Shown here piece after piece: positions 25,701-37,806 of a stretch of DNA of 64,000 nt. Both the position numbers and the translations under genes were made by a program. The stretch is taken from positions 1,572,434 through 1,636,433 of the forward strand of contig NW_003314284.1 of the NCBI RefSeq assembly GCF_000143415.4, given 5' to 3'. Source of the stretch: Selaginella moellendorffii. Lineage: Eukaryota > Plantae > Lycopodiophyta. The notes under the pieces were generated by a model. The model did no database searches and was not told the DNA's origin. It saw only the letters and a program-made list of their open reading frames with translations. Each line of letters starts with the position of its first letter. The first letter of the stretch is position 1.

Positions 25701-28450
25701 AGTACAGTGCAAGAGCCGTGCTCGTCAGGGTGATCACGTTTTATGGCATGCTGAAATCGGGTGTGGCCAGTTGCATCAATGAAACTTCGCTATAAATTTG
25801 CATGGGACGCCGTCTCTGTAAAAGAAGAGCAAAATAGTCAGAACTGCTTAACACACGGCACTTTGGGAAAGTGATAAAAAGTTTGCATCCGGAGGATGCT
25901 TGTCGACATGAAGAAATCCGTGCTTGAAGAACAGCAATATGAAGATCTCTTCCAAAACAAACCAGCAAGATCACAAACCTTGTCATATTAAATTGTCAGA
26001 CTTACGGCCTGGGTTGCAATAGAAACTAGCAGAGTCTATCGGAGCAGCAGCTTTGCGATCTTCTGCTGGTGTGAACCTCATAAGTCTGGCCACGCAGAAC
26101 TCCTTGTTACGGCCATCCAACGATACAAACGACATACCACCGAATCATCTGGAGGACCATAATACATACCACAGTAATCATCTGGAGAGTAACAGTCCCA
26201 TGAACCATCATTTGATCGACGATGATCCCCTTGCATTCCCGCTGCCAGCCAAGTACCGGCTTGTGTAGAACCGACCCCAAGCCGGAACCAAAACCAAGTG
26301 AACCAAGTGATGACCGCAGAACTCCAAGTGATGCCGAGATCCCCAACTTCATACTTGAGTAGAAGAGAGCCTTAAGGGGAGGCAAGCCGACTTAGAGCAG
26401 AGCTAAGACTGAAAACAATTGTCCGTGAAGTTTCTTCGTTGAGTCTCCATCTCCTCCTTCCCTTCCAGCTTTAAGCCAGTCTTGCACCTAATCTTCTGCT
26501 GCTGGCTTTCGCAAAACACTATCAAGGTTTGCTGGACATCTTTGTCTCGCCTGTCCTCAGCGTCACTGGAAGTGATATGAGAGTGATTTCGAATCCAAAC
26601 ATCAAAAGGCTCCACTCCCGCATAGATGTATGTGTTAACTGTAAATTGGTGTATGGTTGTCCATGTTGGTATGGTTTTTTTATATAATTTAAATGGTTAT
26701 TCTTAAACTTCATATAATTTTTATAGCCCAGATATTGTATAGTTTTTATTCATTGTTCCAAGTGGTCATCTAAATAGTTTTCTAGAGCTTGTATACTATA
26801 TGACTATTTATATAGATTATAATGTGATTAACTATTCATGTCACAACTGACTATCCAATCTGCACTAGTTTAGTACCCAATTCCTATGATTTTCCATTTG
26901 TAAAATCTATATTTCCTTTTTGTTAGTAGAGCTATTATAAGCCCATAGCAGCCAGTATCAAGCTGTAAAGAAATGATATCTCCAACTTGTGTACATTTGA
27001 AAATGTTAAATTGCCTATGTAAGTAAATAAAAAACTTAACATCACTCACCAAAATTTGTGAGATGGATCATCCAAGTATATAGGTTCTTGGTAGCCTATC
27101 AATACTTTTCAACCATTTTATGCATATGTTTTGTGCTAATATAATCTTAATAACATTAGGCAAACCTTCCCTAAATTTCCACTGTATCCCCAATTGAAAC
27201 TCATATTATTTTATTATTGTTAAAAAGCACTTCCAAAATTATTTATGAAACCATATTTAAAACCATATGAAAATGCTACCAAGAGGTATCATAGTGAGAG
27301 AGAATGCAACTTCCCTCAATAAGCTCTTAATAGGAAGATGATTCAAAATTCATAAAACTATGTTAAAATGTGCCATTTAATGTGTTTTTCTACCTCTAGC
27401 CTCCCTTTAGAAATGTGACATTTAAGAAACAAAAGAATAAAAATAAAAAGTAAATACCAAGCCTTGAACATTATACTTAGCATATCTGTAATACTTTGTT
27501 GTGAAATAAGTTTCAATGTGGCCACTAACTTCAGTTGAGAAGATCTTGTTGACTAATGTATAACATACATTTCTTGAGAATTGAAAATATAAAAACATAA
27601 TAAAAGCTATAAAGATTAACATACTTGGATTTATAACCACTACATTTGTGTTTGCCTTCAAGATAAAGCCATTCACACAACAGGTTGTGCATAGAGTGAT
27701 ATTTACTTTCACTGTGTTCAACGAGCTCCCTTTTTCCAAACTAAACACAACTTTACATTCTATAATTATTGCCTTGGTAAGTATTAAATGACTAATAATT
27801 ATGTTTAAACATACTTTCTAAGTTGGAGATCCATATTTGCTTTGTTGTTTCCACAACTCTAAGGCTATGGATTGCAAGGGCACAATAACAAAACCTCTAT
27901 CTACAAAATATCTCCTCATGCTGTTTTTGGTGTAACAAAGTAAGATCCTAAGATTTTCTTTAGTCTCTTCAACTTACTTTGCTTTCCTTATTTATAAATC
28001 ATTCTTTGCAAGTAAAACCATACCAAAAATTAATTCATACCTTATATATTTTAAGCATATTATTTCCATAGCTACACATTAGTAGGGATAATATGCAAAG
28101 CACTAAAATCATTAAGAGTGTGTGCAACTTCCCACACTCTCCAGATGCTAGTACTAAAATCATTTCATTTTCCTCCATATACCATTGCCTTTCATTAGAG
28201 TTCTTTATATCACCATTGTTAACTATATATAGGTTTTTGAATTTGGATTTCTTGGGAGGTCATCTAACTTAGTATTACTCAAACTTAAAAACACTTAACC
28301 CCAAATATCCTAAGATTTTTAACCATTTACAAAAAAATGGTGCACTTTTGTTTATGAGTTCTTTTTTTCGACATCCTCATCAATGCATACTTAACCTAGA
28401 AAATTGTCAAATGAAAGCTAATAATTTAAACTTGTGGGAAATACATATAC

Positions 28451-31400
28451 TGTGAGTGCCTGGAATATAGAAAGGGAATACAGAAATGTGCATATTAATT
28501 AGCCCAAAAACCTTAGCTTATATATAGGAGTGAGTGGTCCAGATTGAAACCAATCCGACGGCTACCAAAATCCCACTACACTAATATTAGTATACGGCAT
28601 CGTAACCGTACACTTGGCCCTCACATCATCCCCTCCTCTCGGGATAATGGAAGACCATCAGGGTTCTCTTGAAGATGGGCCGGGGTCCGGAGGAACGTCA
28701 GGAGGAGGCATCGGTGGATTTGTAGGTGGTATTAACTCCTCCTGATCCCTTTGTACGAAGTGTTTTAGCTGTTGCACATGCACAATCTCTGGAGGATCGG
28801 CCTGCTGAACGTCATGCCGAACCTCATAAACTTGTGGTCCAATTTGCCGCAACACCCGATACGGTCCTTTCCATTGCGCAAGAAGCCCCTTAGATAAACC
28901 ACGTACCATAAGATGGGGAAAACGGACTAACACCAAATCATCCACTTTGTACTCTGCAGGTGGACGATGATGGGAGTTGTAGCGCCGTTGTTGTCCCACT
29001 TGTACGCGGCCTAAGTGTTTGGCAGACTCTGCTCAGACAAGTGGAAGAATGCTTGTCAAATACTGATCCCATGATCTAGCATCGGTAGCACGTGGCAATC
29101 ACGAAGGTAAACCCAGCTCCGTTGGTAATATTGGATCATGATCATATAAGAGTTTATATGGTGAAGCACTAATAGAACTCTGCACCCTTGTAACATATGC
29201 ATACCGAAGAGACGGCAAATAACCATCCCAATCCAAATGCTGAAAGTTCACATACTTCGCAATCATCCCTTTGAATGTCCGAACAAGCCGTTTCACCAGA
29301 CTGTCTGATTGTGGATGATAAACACTCGTGAAAGTGTGGCATATCCCCAACCGAGATGTCAAAACATGAAATGCCTCAGCTATAAATGCGGGACCATTAT
29401 CCGAAAGAATCTGCTCTGGACAAGAATGCTGGAACACCACTCGATTGAGGAGGAAGTATCCAACAGCAGTTGCAGAGGCACTAGCAAGAGCACCAACTTC
29501 CACCCAACGAGTCAAGTAGTCAGAAGCAATAATAACATACTCATTGCCAGCAGTCGATCGTGGAAAAGGTCCCATAAAATCAAATGCCACTAACTCAAAC
29601 GGATGGGAAACCGCAATTGACTCTAACCGTCCTTCCGCAGCACGAGGGGGAGTATTACGAGCTTGGCACCAAACGCAGCTACGCACATACCGGATAATAT
29701 CATATCGCATCTCCGGCCAATAGAAAGACCTGCGCAGCTTCTCGGTGACACGACGGTGTCCCATATGCCCACCTAGAACAGGAGAATCATGGTAGGCATG
29801 GAGAAACCGCGGAATAAACACCGAAGGCACCACTAGCCGTAAATGATCATTAGGATCCGTCCCCACAAAATAAAGAAGGCCATCGTCAAGGCGATATTGA
29901 GAATGTAAATGCCGGAAAGGCAAGTCATCAGCAAGTGATGCAGGATTCTCAAACCCATCTCGAAGCCTCCGAATCCATGGCTCAATCTTTTGAGCCTCGC
30001 GAACCTCATCAAGAGAAGGTAGATTTTGCTCTGCACCTTGTGGACACTAAACGTCAAGGACAGCAACCGCCGACGGCACAAAATCCTCATCTAGAAAATC
30101 CACAGATGCTGGAATAATAGGTTCGTCAGAAACATGAGAAGTGAGTGGAGAAGGAAGAGGAGCTCGAGAAAGGGCATCAGCATCAGCCATAGAACTTCCT
30201 GGGCGATGAACAACATCGAAATCATATATCTGAAGCTTCAAAGCCCATCGAGCCGTACGACCAACCAGGTTCTTCCGCTTCAATAATGAAGTAACAGCAG
30301 CATGGTCACCTTCAAGTAACGTCCGAGAACCATGTAGATATGTATGAAGTTTTTCAAAACCCCAGACTGCTGCTAAACACTCCTTCTTCGTCGTGGAGTA
30401 GTTCATCTCCGCTGGTTGTAATGTACGGCTTATGTATGCAATGAGATGGCACTGACCAGGCACACTCAAGCTCTCTTGCATCAACACACCTCCAAGACCA
30501 ATGTCAGAAGCATCCACGTGCAAAATAAAAGGTCGAGTGTAGTCAGGATATGCCAAAACTGGAGGAGTCGTCAATAGTTTTTTGAGATCCACGAACGCCC
30601 GCTCACAATCCGGAGACTAGATGAAAGATGACATTGATAACTTCAGCAACGCTCGCAATGGTGTAGTGCAATCGGAAAGATGATGCACAAAACGACCGAG
30701 ATACTGCACCTTACCCAAAAAGCGTTGCACATCATTCACACACTTCGGAATAGGGAACTTTAGAACAGCCACAAGTTTGTCAGGATCAACTTGCAAACCC
30801 TCACGAGAAATATGGTATCCAAGATAAGTTGTGTCCTTGGACCCAAACACGCACTTTGACCGCTTCAACTTTAAACCAACGTCGCGTAGCCAATCCAACA
30901 CTTTACAAACATCACGAACGTGCTCCTCCCACGTCCCCTCCGAGTGGATCAAAATATCATCAATGAAGTCAGCAGTCACCTTCAGCATATCGCAAAGAAC
31001 CTCGTCCATCATTCACTGGAAAGTTGCTGGAGCATTGTTCAAACCAAACAGCATCACCAAGAACTCGTACAAACCAAATGGTATACGAAAAGCAATCTTA
31101 GGAATATCTTCTTCGGCCATCGGTACTTGCCAATACCCAAAAGCAAGATCTAATTTGGTGAACCAACGACTTCGCCTCAGACGATCCAAGAGATCAGCAG
31201 TGTGAGGAAGAGGATACATATCTGGGATTGTCACTTCGTTTAACGGACGATAATCGATGCAAAAACGAATACTCCCATCAGGCTTCGTCACAAGATGCAG
31301 AGGACGACACGGCTGGGGGATTCAGGTCCAGTGGGACACGACCGGGGCGGAGGTAGGAGTCCCCGTGTGGGAGGCGCTTGGACATACTCGATGGGCAATA

Positions 31401-33999
31401 TGGCGAGCGACGGGAGTCCAGGCCCTTTGGGAAGCACGCAACCGGGCACACTTCGAAGGGACACAGGTCAGAGTATCACAGGTACTGGCAGAGTGGTGGA
31501 GACTTACACTGGCGGCAATACGGCTTCATCATGCTATCCTCCGGGACAGGGGGAAGCTCGAGAGGCTCGAGGAGTGGCAAAAAGCATGGCTGCCATGTTT
31601 TGGTAGAGGAGATCACAAGGAGGTTCGTTGGAGATGGCGCCCCCCGGAGTCGATCTTGCGGTCAGCACGAAGGGGGGACGTGGATCTGGACGAGATACGA
31701 CGGAGACGACCTCAGCCGCTTCTACTGCAGGCCTAGTCTCACTTTAGATGAGGGAGATCATCACTAGGTAGCATGAGCTTTGGGCAGCATGCCCAATTTT
31801 TGTATTAGTCCCTACGGGACATTGGGGAATGTACATACACGTTTCATCGTCACAAGATGAGGTTCACATGCCCAAGGACTCCGCGACTTCCGAATAACAC
31901 CCTTCTCCAGCATTTTCTTGACGTTTGCTCGTAAAATCTTGATCTTCTTAGGTGACCGACGACGAACAGGAACCTTGATTGGACAAGCATCCCTGGTTGG
32001 AATCGGATGACGTGTGGCAATCTTGGCCCCAGACGATAGGTCAAATTCAAAGAGATCAAAATACTCCTTCATGAGCCGGTCAACTGCTGCAACACAAAGA
32101 TCGTCGGAGGGATCGAAAAAGGGAAAAGCAGAACAAGATGGAAACACAAAAGGAAAGAGTGGGGGAACAAAAGTAATGAAAGCAGAGGTAGAAGTAAAGG
32201 GACGAAGAGGTATGGAAGTGAAAGGAATGGATGAAACATAAGGAAGTATGAGACAAGGGGGAGAAGCCTCAAAGTCGCACTTGGCATGATTGCGCTGCAA
32301 CCAATCCATACCAAGAATGAGGTCAAAAGCTTGACTCGGCACCACCCGCAACGACTGCAACTTAAGCTCGAGATTGCCCACACGCACAACCAGGTCCACC
32401 TCATCCTGTGCACATGCATGTGTACGGCCATTGCCATAAAGAATGAAAACTGGTTCTGCCGCACGACGCAGGCAACAGGTCGAGCAATAGAAGATAAACT
32501 TAAACCTGTATCAACCAACACGGAGAGAATAATAGAAGACCTTTTGTTATAAAAACGAGCTTGGAAAGTAAACACTGGATGAACCGGTGCCGAGTGAACC
32601 CCTTGATGATACTCCCGAAAGAAAGATGGAGGGGTCACTAACTTATTCGCGCAAGGTCCCTCCATTACTCGCGCGACTCCTCATTTCCCGGATGCATCTC
32701 GGTGTCCAGACCTTCCACTGCAGCAGCACCCATGGGATGTTGCTGACGCCAAGGTCTCCACCCAAGAAATGGAGGTCGCCAATCCGGAAAACGATGGCAA
32801 CGCTGATAAGTATGACCAACTTCATCACACGCCCAGCAGCAAACATCACGGCCACGACCACGTCCTCGCGCTTGTCCTTGGACTCGAGCAGCAACAGCAT
32901 CAACCTCCATTGGAACAGGACCATCACCCATAGGAAGTGGAGCGGAAGGACGTGCAGCGAGAAGTGGAAGAGGCGACGTCTCATAACGTTGTGCCAAGCG
33001 AAGAGCATCGTCAAGGGTGGTAGGAGCAAGTGCATGCACAAGTCCGACAAGATCTTGACGAAGTGCTGGCCACAACATTCCTAGCTTGATCCGCTCCGAC
33101 ATATTAGGCTCCGCATGAAGCAAAAGACTTCGGAAACGAACGCCAAATTGCATTACCGACTCAGAGGGCCCTTGGCGAAAACGATGCAATTGTTGGAAGG
33201 CATCGTCACAATCGTCAGCATGTCCGAAGGCGCGTTTGAAGACGTCCGGAAGAACACTCCAATCCCCACGAGTGGCCGCACTCAATCCATTGTACCACTA
33301 CAACGCCGTCCTTTGAAGACACGTGGGAAACTCACACAAACGTCGAGCATCATCCCAAGAATGATATGTGGCAATCACCGTGAAGTGATCGAACCAATAG
33401 TACACATCATCCCCAAGATTCCCACGAAAGAACTCCGGCTGAACGCGAGGATTGGCACCAAGAGCAGGAGGAGTTGGACCACATGCCGTGAATGTCAACA
33501 TCAATTGAGTTTGGTTGTTCAATTGCAAACGCATAGCATCAAATAATTGAACCAACTGCTACTCTAGAGACAAAGGAGGAGATTGCGGATCGGCCATGAA
33601 GATGATCAAAAAAGAAAGAGCAAAAGAAGAGAAATGACAAAAAGCTGGAAAGAAATGGTAGATCTAGACAATGCAAAAAGCTAAATCTAAACCAAAATCC
33701 TGAAAAGAAAGAACAAAAGAAAGGAAATGGAAAAAGCTAAATCTAGACGATGCAAAAGCTAGATCTAAACCAAAATCCCAAATCCAAGCACTCCTCAGGG
33801 ACAATCAAAGGTGCCCCTCACCTCCACCAATGTGAGTGCTTGGAATATGGAATACAGAAATGTGCATATTAATTAGCCCAAAAACCCTAATTTATATACA
33901 GGAGCAAGTGGTCCAAATTGAAACCAATCCGACGGCTACCAAAATCCCACTACACTAATATTAGTATACGGCATCGTAACCGTACACTTGGCCCTCATA
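28451..33999 (-). mobile_element. Ty3/gypsy LTR retrotransposon with short LTRs, disrupted
   Basis: LTRs at 28451-28625 and 33831-33999. TSD ATAC at 28447-28450 and 34000-34003. PBS TGGTGGAGGTGAGGGG. PPT at 28626-28640. Order is gag with zinc knuckle (CWACDEVGHTYQRC), protease (VDTG), RT (FCIDYR, FIDDILI), RNaseH (DASDIGLG), integrase (ILSDNG, GPY motif). Stops and frameshifts present. Confidence 0.95.
31298..31846 (+). mobile_element. 5'-truncated L1-like LINE 3' end nested in the gypsy RT
   Basis: Flanked by a 13-bp direct repeat TCGTCACAAGATG (31285-31297 and 31847-31859). Encodes ALWEARNRAHFEG (L1 ORF2 C-terminal WxxRNxxxF motif) with a stop at 31736, followed by a ~110-bp 3' UTR. Confidence 0.8.
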
Positions 34000-34874
34000 A
34001 TACTTAAATAAGTGGATGGGACCTCTATATTTAATGGATGTTAACACTCAAACACTCTTTGTTTGTTACTAACAAAGAATGGATTACTAGAATTAGCAAC
34101 CTTCATATGTACTTTTCAATCAAGGCTTTAGTTTGGCCCCTGAAGTTATTAAGATGTTTATGCAATAGCTCAACATTAAATTGTCTTTGCGTTTGAGACA
34201 AATGGCTTGTTTAATTGGTTGAATTGCAAAGTATATAGACCTGCAACATTAAAATTGGGATTGGTGGTTATAAATTTTTTGTGTATCAATACCACACAAA
34301 TCTATTAGAATCTCTTCATTTTGTGCATTATTTAGGCATCTTGCCTCTTGCTATGGGTTTAATGTTAACCACTCCATGCTATACAGAAGGGAAAGAATGT
34401 TTCAAGTATTTAGACTAGTGTTGCTAACATTATATACACAATCTTCAAAGTCTTTAATAAGCACATAAGAGTATTAAAGGTAGTTATACATGCACTATAT
34501 AGCTCACTATCAAAGTGTCAACAAAGTGATCTAGTGTTGGTGAAATTTCCTTGCATCATGCATCAGCATCATACAGCTAGTTTATTGCCTTGGTGGATTA
34601 GATTGTATCAAATAAAGGCTTAACTTGGTCCATAGTTTGGTTAATTGGTTGAAGTTAATGGACAATATTATTCTAAATATGTGTTTTGAATGCAACTTGA
34701 AGGAGTAGTATGAGGTCTCTATGTATAATATTTATATATACTGTATATAAAGATAAGCTTAGCACTAAGTTTTGTGGATCTAAAGTGTACAGTTCTTCCC
34801 TTAGGGCTCTCTCCTATTGAATTATGTAAAAGAAAATTTTCATATAATTATAAAATTATCATAAAACAACAAAT

Positions 34875-35756
34875 CTATAAAGAACATAATTTATTTTTTG
34901 AAGTGTGTAATGCCCATAAAATTTTATTTGGAAATTTAGCTTCATAAAGAACCAAATTACAGTCATTTTGAATATAAAATATTGTTGATAATATACACAA
35001 TGGCTGATTTACACAATAAGTGTTTGTAGACCATATTGCTTCTTTATGATGGTATAAAACTAAATTGCCATCTATTTGTAAAATTAAAATGCGGTTATAA
35101 AAATTTAAATGTGAAGTATTTGTTTCCCAAACTTTTTTCTTTTCAGAGAAAAATATAATATTGCAATTATATTCTAGAAGTAAATAATTTTTTCTATTTG
35201 GGGATATTAAATAGTTGTCAGTATATAGTACTGATCCCATATACATAGTATTTAATTCAAGAAAACAATAATTTAAACTATATATTGAAATATTATTTTT
35301 ATAATATTTAGTAGTTAATAAAAGTTCTGTTCTTCTAATAAGCTCATATTGTATTTTATATTTTGTAGTTTCCATCTCAAAATAATCAGAGAGGTTTTCA
35401 AATAGATCAGCTACACTCATATCTATAATATTATAAAAGGCCCGTATCATATTAGTACCTTTAAAAAGTTCTCCTTCTACAGAACATTCTTCCTTTATTT
35501 TAATTATTAAATTAACAGTTCCTTGTGTTGTAAATATTTCATAACTATCTGAAAAAAATGATGAGTATTCTTTTTCATGCTTGATTTCTTTTATAAGTTT
35601 ATATACAGTTGAGATCACTATTGAAATATCATTTGCACTTAAAATTCCAAGATTTCTAAATTTTGAAAAATACTTTGGTGCTATAGTTATGTTAATATTC
35701 ATAAGAAGAAAAATTATAAATAGAAATGAATTGAATTTTATGTCGATTATCATCAT
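34875..35756 (-). CDS. Secreted protein: unknown N-terminal domain + bulb-type (GNA) mannose-binding lectin domain
   Basis: Intronless 293 aa ORF with a hydrophobic N-terminus (FLFIIFLLMNINITIA). QxDxNxVxY motifs QIDGNLVLY and QNDCNLVLY, plus WETNT and WSTNT. About 20% GC by eye. Confidence 0.8.
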   Translation of the reverse strand: MMIIDIKFNSFLFIIFLLMNINITIAPKYFSKFRNLGILSANDISIVISTVYKLIKEIKHEKEYSSFFSDSYEIFTTQGTVNLIIKIKEECSVEGELFKGTNMIRAFYNIIDMSVADLFENLSDYFEMETTKYKIQYELIRRTELLLTTKYYKNNISIYSLNYCFLELNTMYMGSVLYTDNYLISPNRKNYLLLEYNCNIIFFSEKKKVWETNTSHLNFYNRILILQIDGNLVLYHHKEAIWSTNTYCVNQPLCILSTIFYIQNDCNLVLYEAKFPNKILWALHTSKNKLCSL

Positions 35757-36119
35757 AATGATAAGTCAGAAAATAAGCTTGAAATAGAATATAAAATGTG
35801 ACTTTTTATAAAAGTAAATACTTCTTAAAATTTGATTTAGCTATGCTCTATTATTCAGAGGCTGTAAAGTATTTAATTTATATAAGAATGCTTATAACCC
35901 ATTTAAGATGGTATATAAAATAATATTTTTTGTTTTCTCATTAAATAAGGTACTATTGTGAGATCCTGCAGTCCAGTTACAATGCTATTGTCATGTATTT
36001 TCAAAATGGAATCCTAATTACAGAATTTGAAACCAAGAGCTATTAAAAATCCCATTTTGGACCAATGTCTTAAAATAATATTCTTTCAAGATTAAACTTG
36101 ATAAGATCAAATTATATTT

Positions 36120-36600
36120 AATATTGGGCCAAATTATATGAGTATTGCACAAAGTGTTCCTTGCCACTAAGTTTTGTACCTCTAAGTTCTCTTGATTACC
36201 TCCAAGTGTTCTACCTCTAAAATGTTGCTTATATGATTATGTCATACCATAAAATGTTGCTTCAAATTGTAAATGTTTTTTGTGTGATGTTGCCTCCAAG
36301 GGCCACTCCAAATATTGCCTCAAGTGTTATTGATTCTCCAAGCCATTTTTGCAACTTTATAAAAAATTAGAAATATATTTGGATATGAATATAATGTTGG
36401 GCCAAGTGTTTCTTGCCACAAAGTATTGTGCTTCCAAGTATTGTACCTCCAGATGTAATCACCAACCATTGCTTGCTTCTGTATGTTGTGCTTTTGTGAT
36501 GTGTTTTGCCTCCAAAGTGTTACTTGTGGTTATATTATCATTAAATGTTGCTTCTAATTATAAATGTTATTTGTGTGACTTTGTTTTTATATATAAATAT
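36120..36600. repeat. Imperfect tandem duplication with short TTGCCTCCAAG-like units
   Basis: ~36120-36350 resembles ~36395-36590. Confidence 0.5.
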
Positions 36601-37199
36601 AAAACTATGTAATTCTAAATTTTTACTTGTTTTATTCAATATTTAGGGAGGAAAGAGCTCTCTTGTTAGTACTAATATGCAAATGCATTTTTTCTTTTTG
36701 GTTTTCCTATTTTATTTAGCAAGTTTTCGTAATGGTTTTTGGCCTAGCATTTCTACATTCAACCTGATGATTAAATTTATTCTAAGCATTCTTGAAATAT
36801 AAGTTAACTTCAATTTCTCAAGCTAAGTATTTTTTTCCAATTTTTTTCTTACTTCTTTTTGAATGCATTTTTGCAACAACAAAGATTTCATAGAAGGGGA
36901 ATTGGAAATTCCTTTTTCACAATATTGTTATCATTACCTTCTCCAGAAATTGGCTCTTTTGATAGAGCAACAAATATTCAAAAGTATAAGAAATCTAATT
37001 TGTGTTTTTTTTCTAATTTCTAAACTTGTTTTCCTAGAATAAACTGGTTTTGAATGATGAACAAAAATCTACTAATGGGAATATGATTCTCTAATATGCA
37101 AAGATGATGGAAAAGGAGAAGGATCAAGAAGGTAATAACATAGAAAATCTATAAAATGATCTACCAAAGTGGTGATCCACCTTTGTCATTTTATGTTTA

Positions 37200-37420
37200 C
37201 AGGGATTTCATTACACACTAAAGCAATGTGAGTCACAATAGGATGAGTTTATGAAAAAGTAGAGGCAAATTAATGATTATGAGAGGAATATTTTATTAAG
37301 GAAATTATCCTATTTTAGCAATAAGTTTATTGTACGGATGAAAAAGGATGTGAAGTTTCCTTGTGGATTTGATGAAGGCCTCTATAATGAGATGTTATTA
37401 TGGATGACAAAGTCAAGAAT
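37200..37420 (+). pseudogene. Decayed trihelix/Myb-SANT-like domain fragment, possibly a Harbinger accessory ORF
   Basis: LKQCESQ*DEFMKK*RQINDYE...SYF...FPCGFDEGLYNEM resembles trihelix QCxxKWxNLxxxYKxIxDYE...SYW. Stops fall at the expected W/Y positions. Confidence 0.4.
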
Positions 37421-37806
37421 CAATGTTCCAAGTAACCACTGAGTTCATACATCCATGGGTTGTACGATTGCAAGCAAGTCACTAGGCTATGGTACATTCA
37501 TTTGTCTTGTTATGATTGACTTCTATTTTTCCTTTTTCCAAATATAAACATAGATAAAGATCCAAATTTAAACATTGTATTTGAGACACAAGATCCTAGA
37601 GATGCTAATAAGGATATTTTAGAACTACAAGTTGGAGGAAAAAAAGTTCCAATAGATACACAAAAATAATGCAAATGCACTCCGAAGGGATTTAATGGTC
37701 TCCTCAAGTGAAGTGACAAACAAAGGAAAGCAATGATGCAAGAACTTCAAGATAGCAATATATAAATGATGAAGAAAATGGAGACAACCAATAATTGACA
37801 ACACTA

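Noticed and set aside
26620-28450. AT-rich stretch, continuing at 34004-34800, that looks like a decayed coding or TE sequence
   Set aside because: No motif could be assigned by eye, so it was left unannotated.
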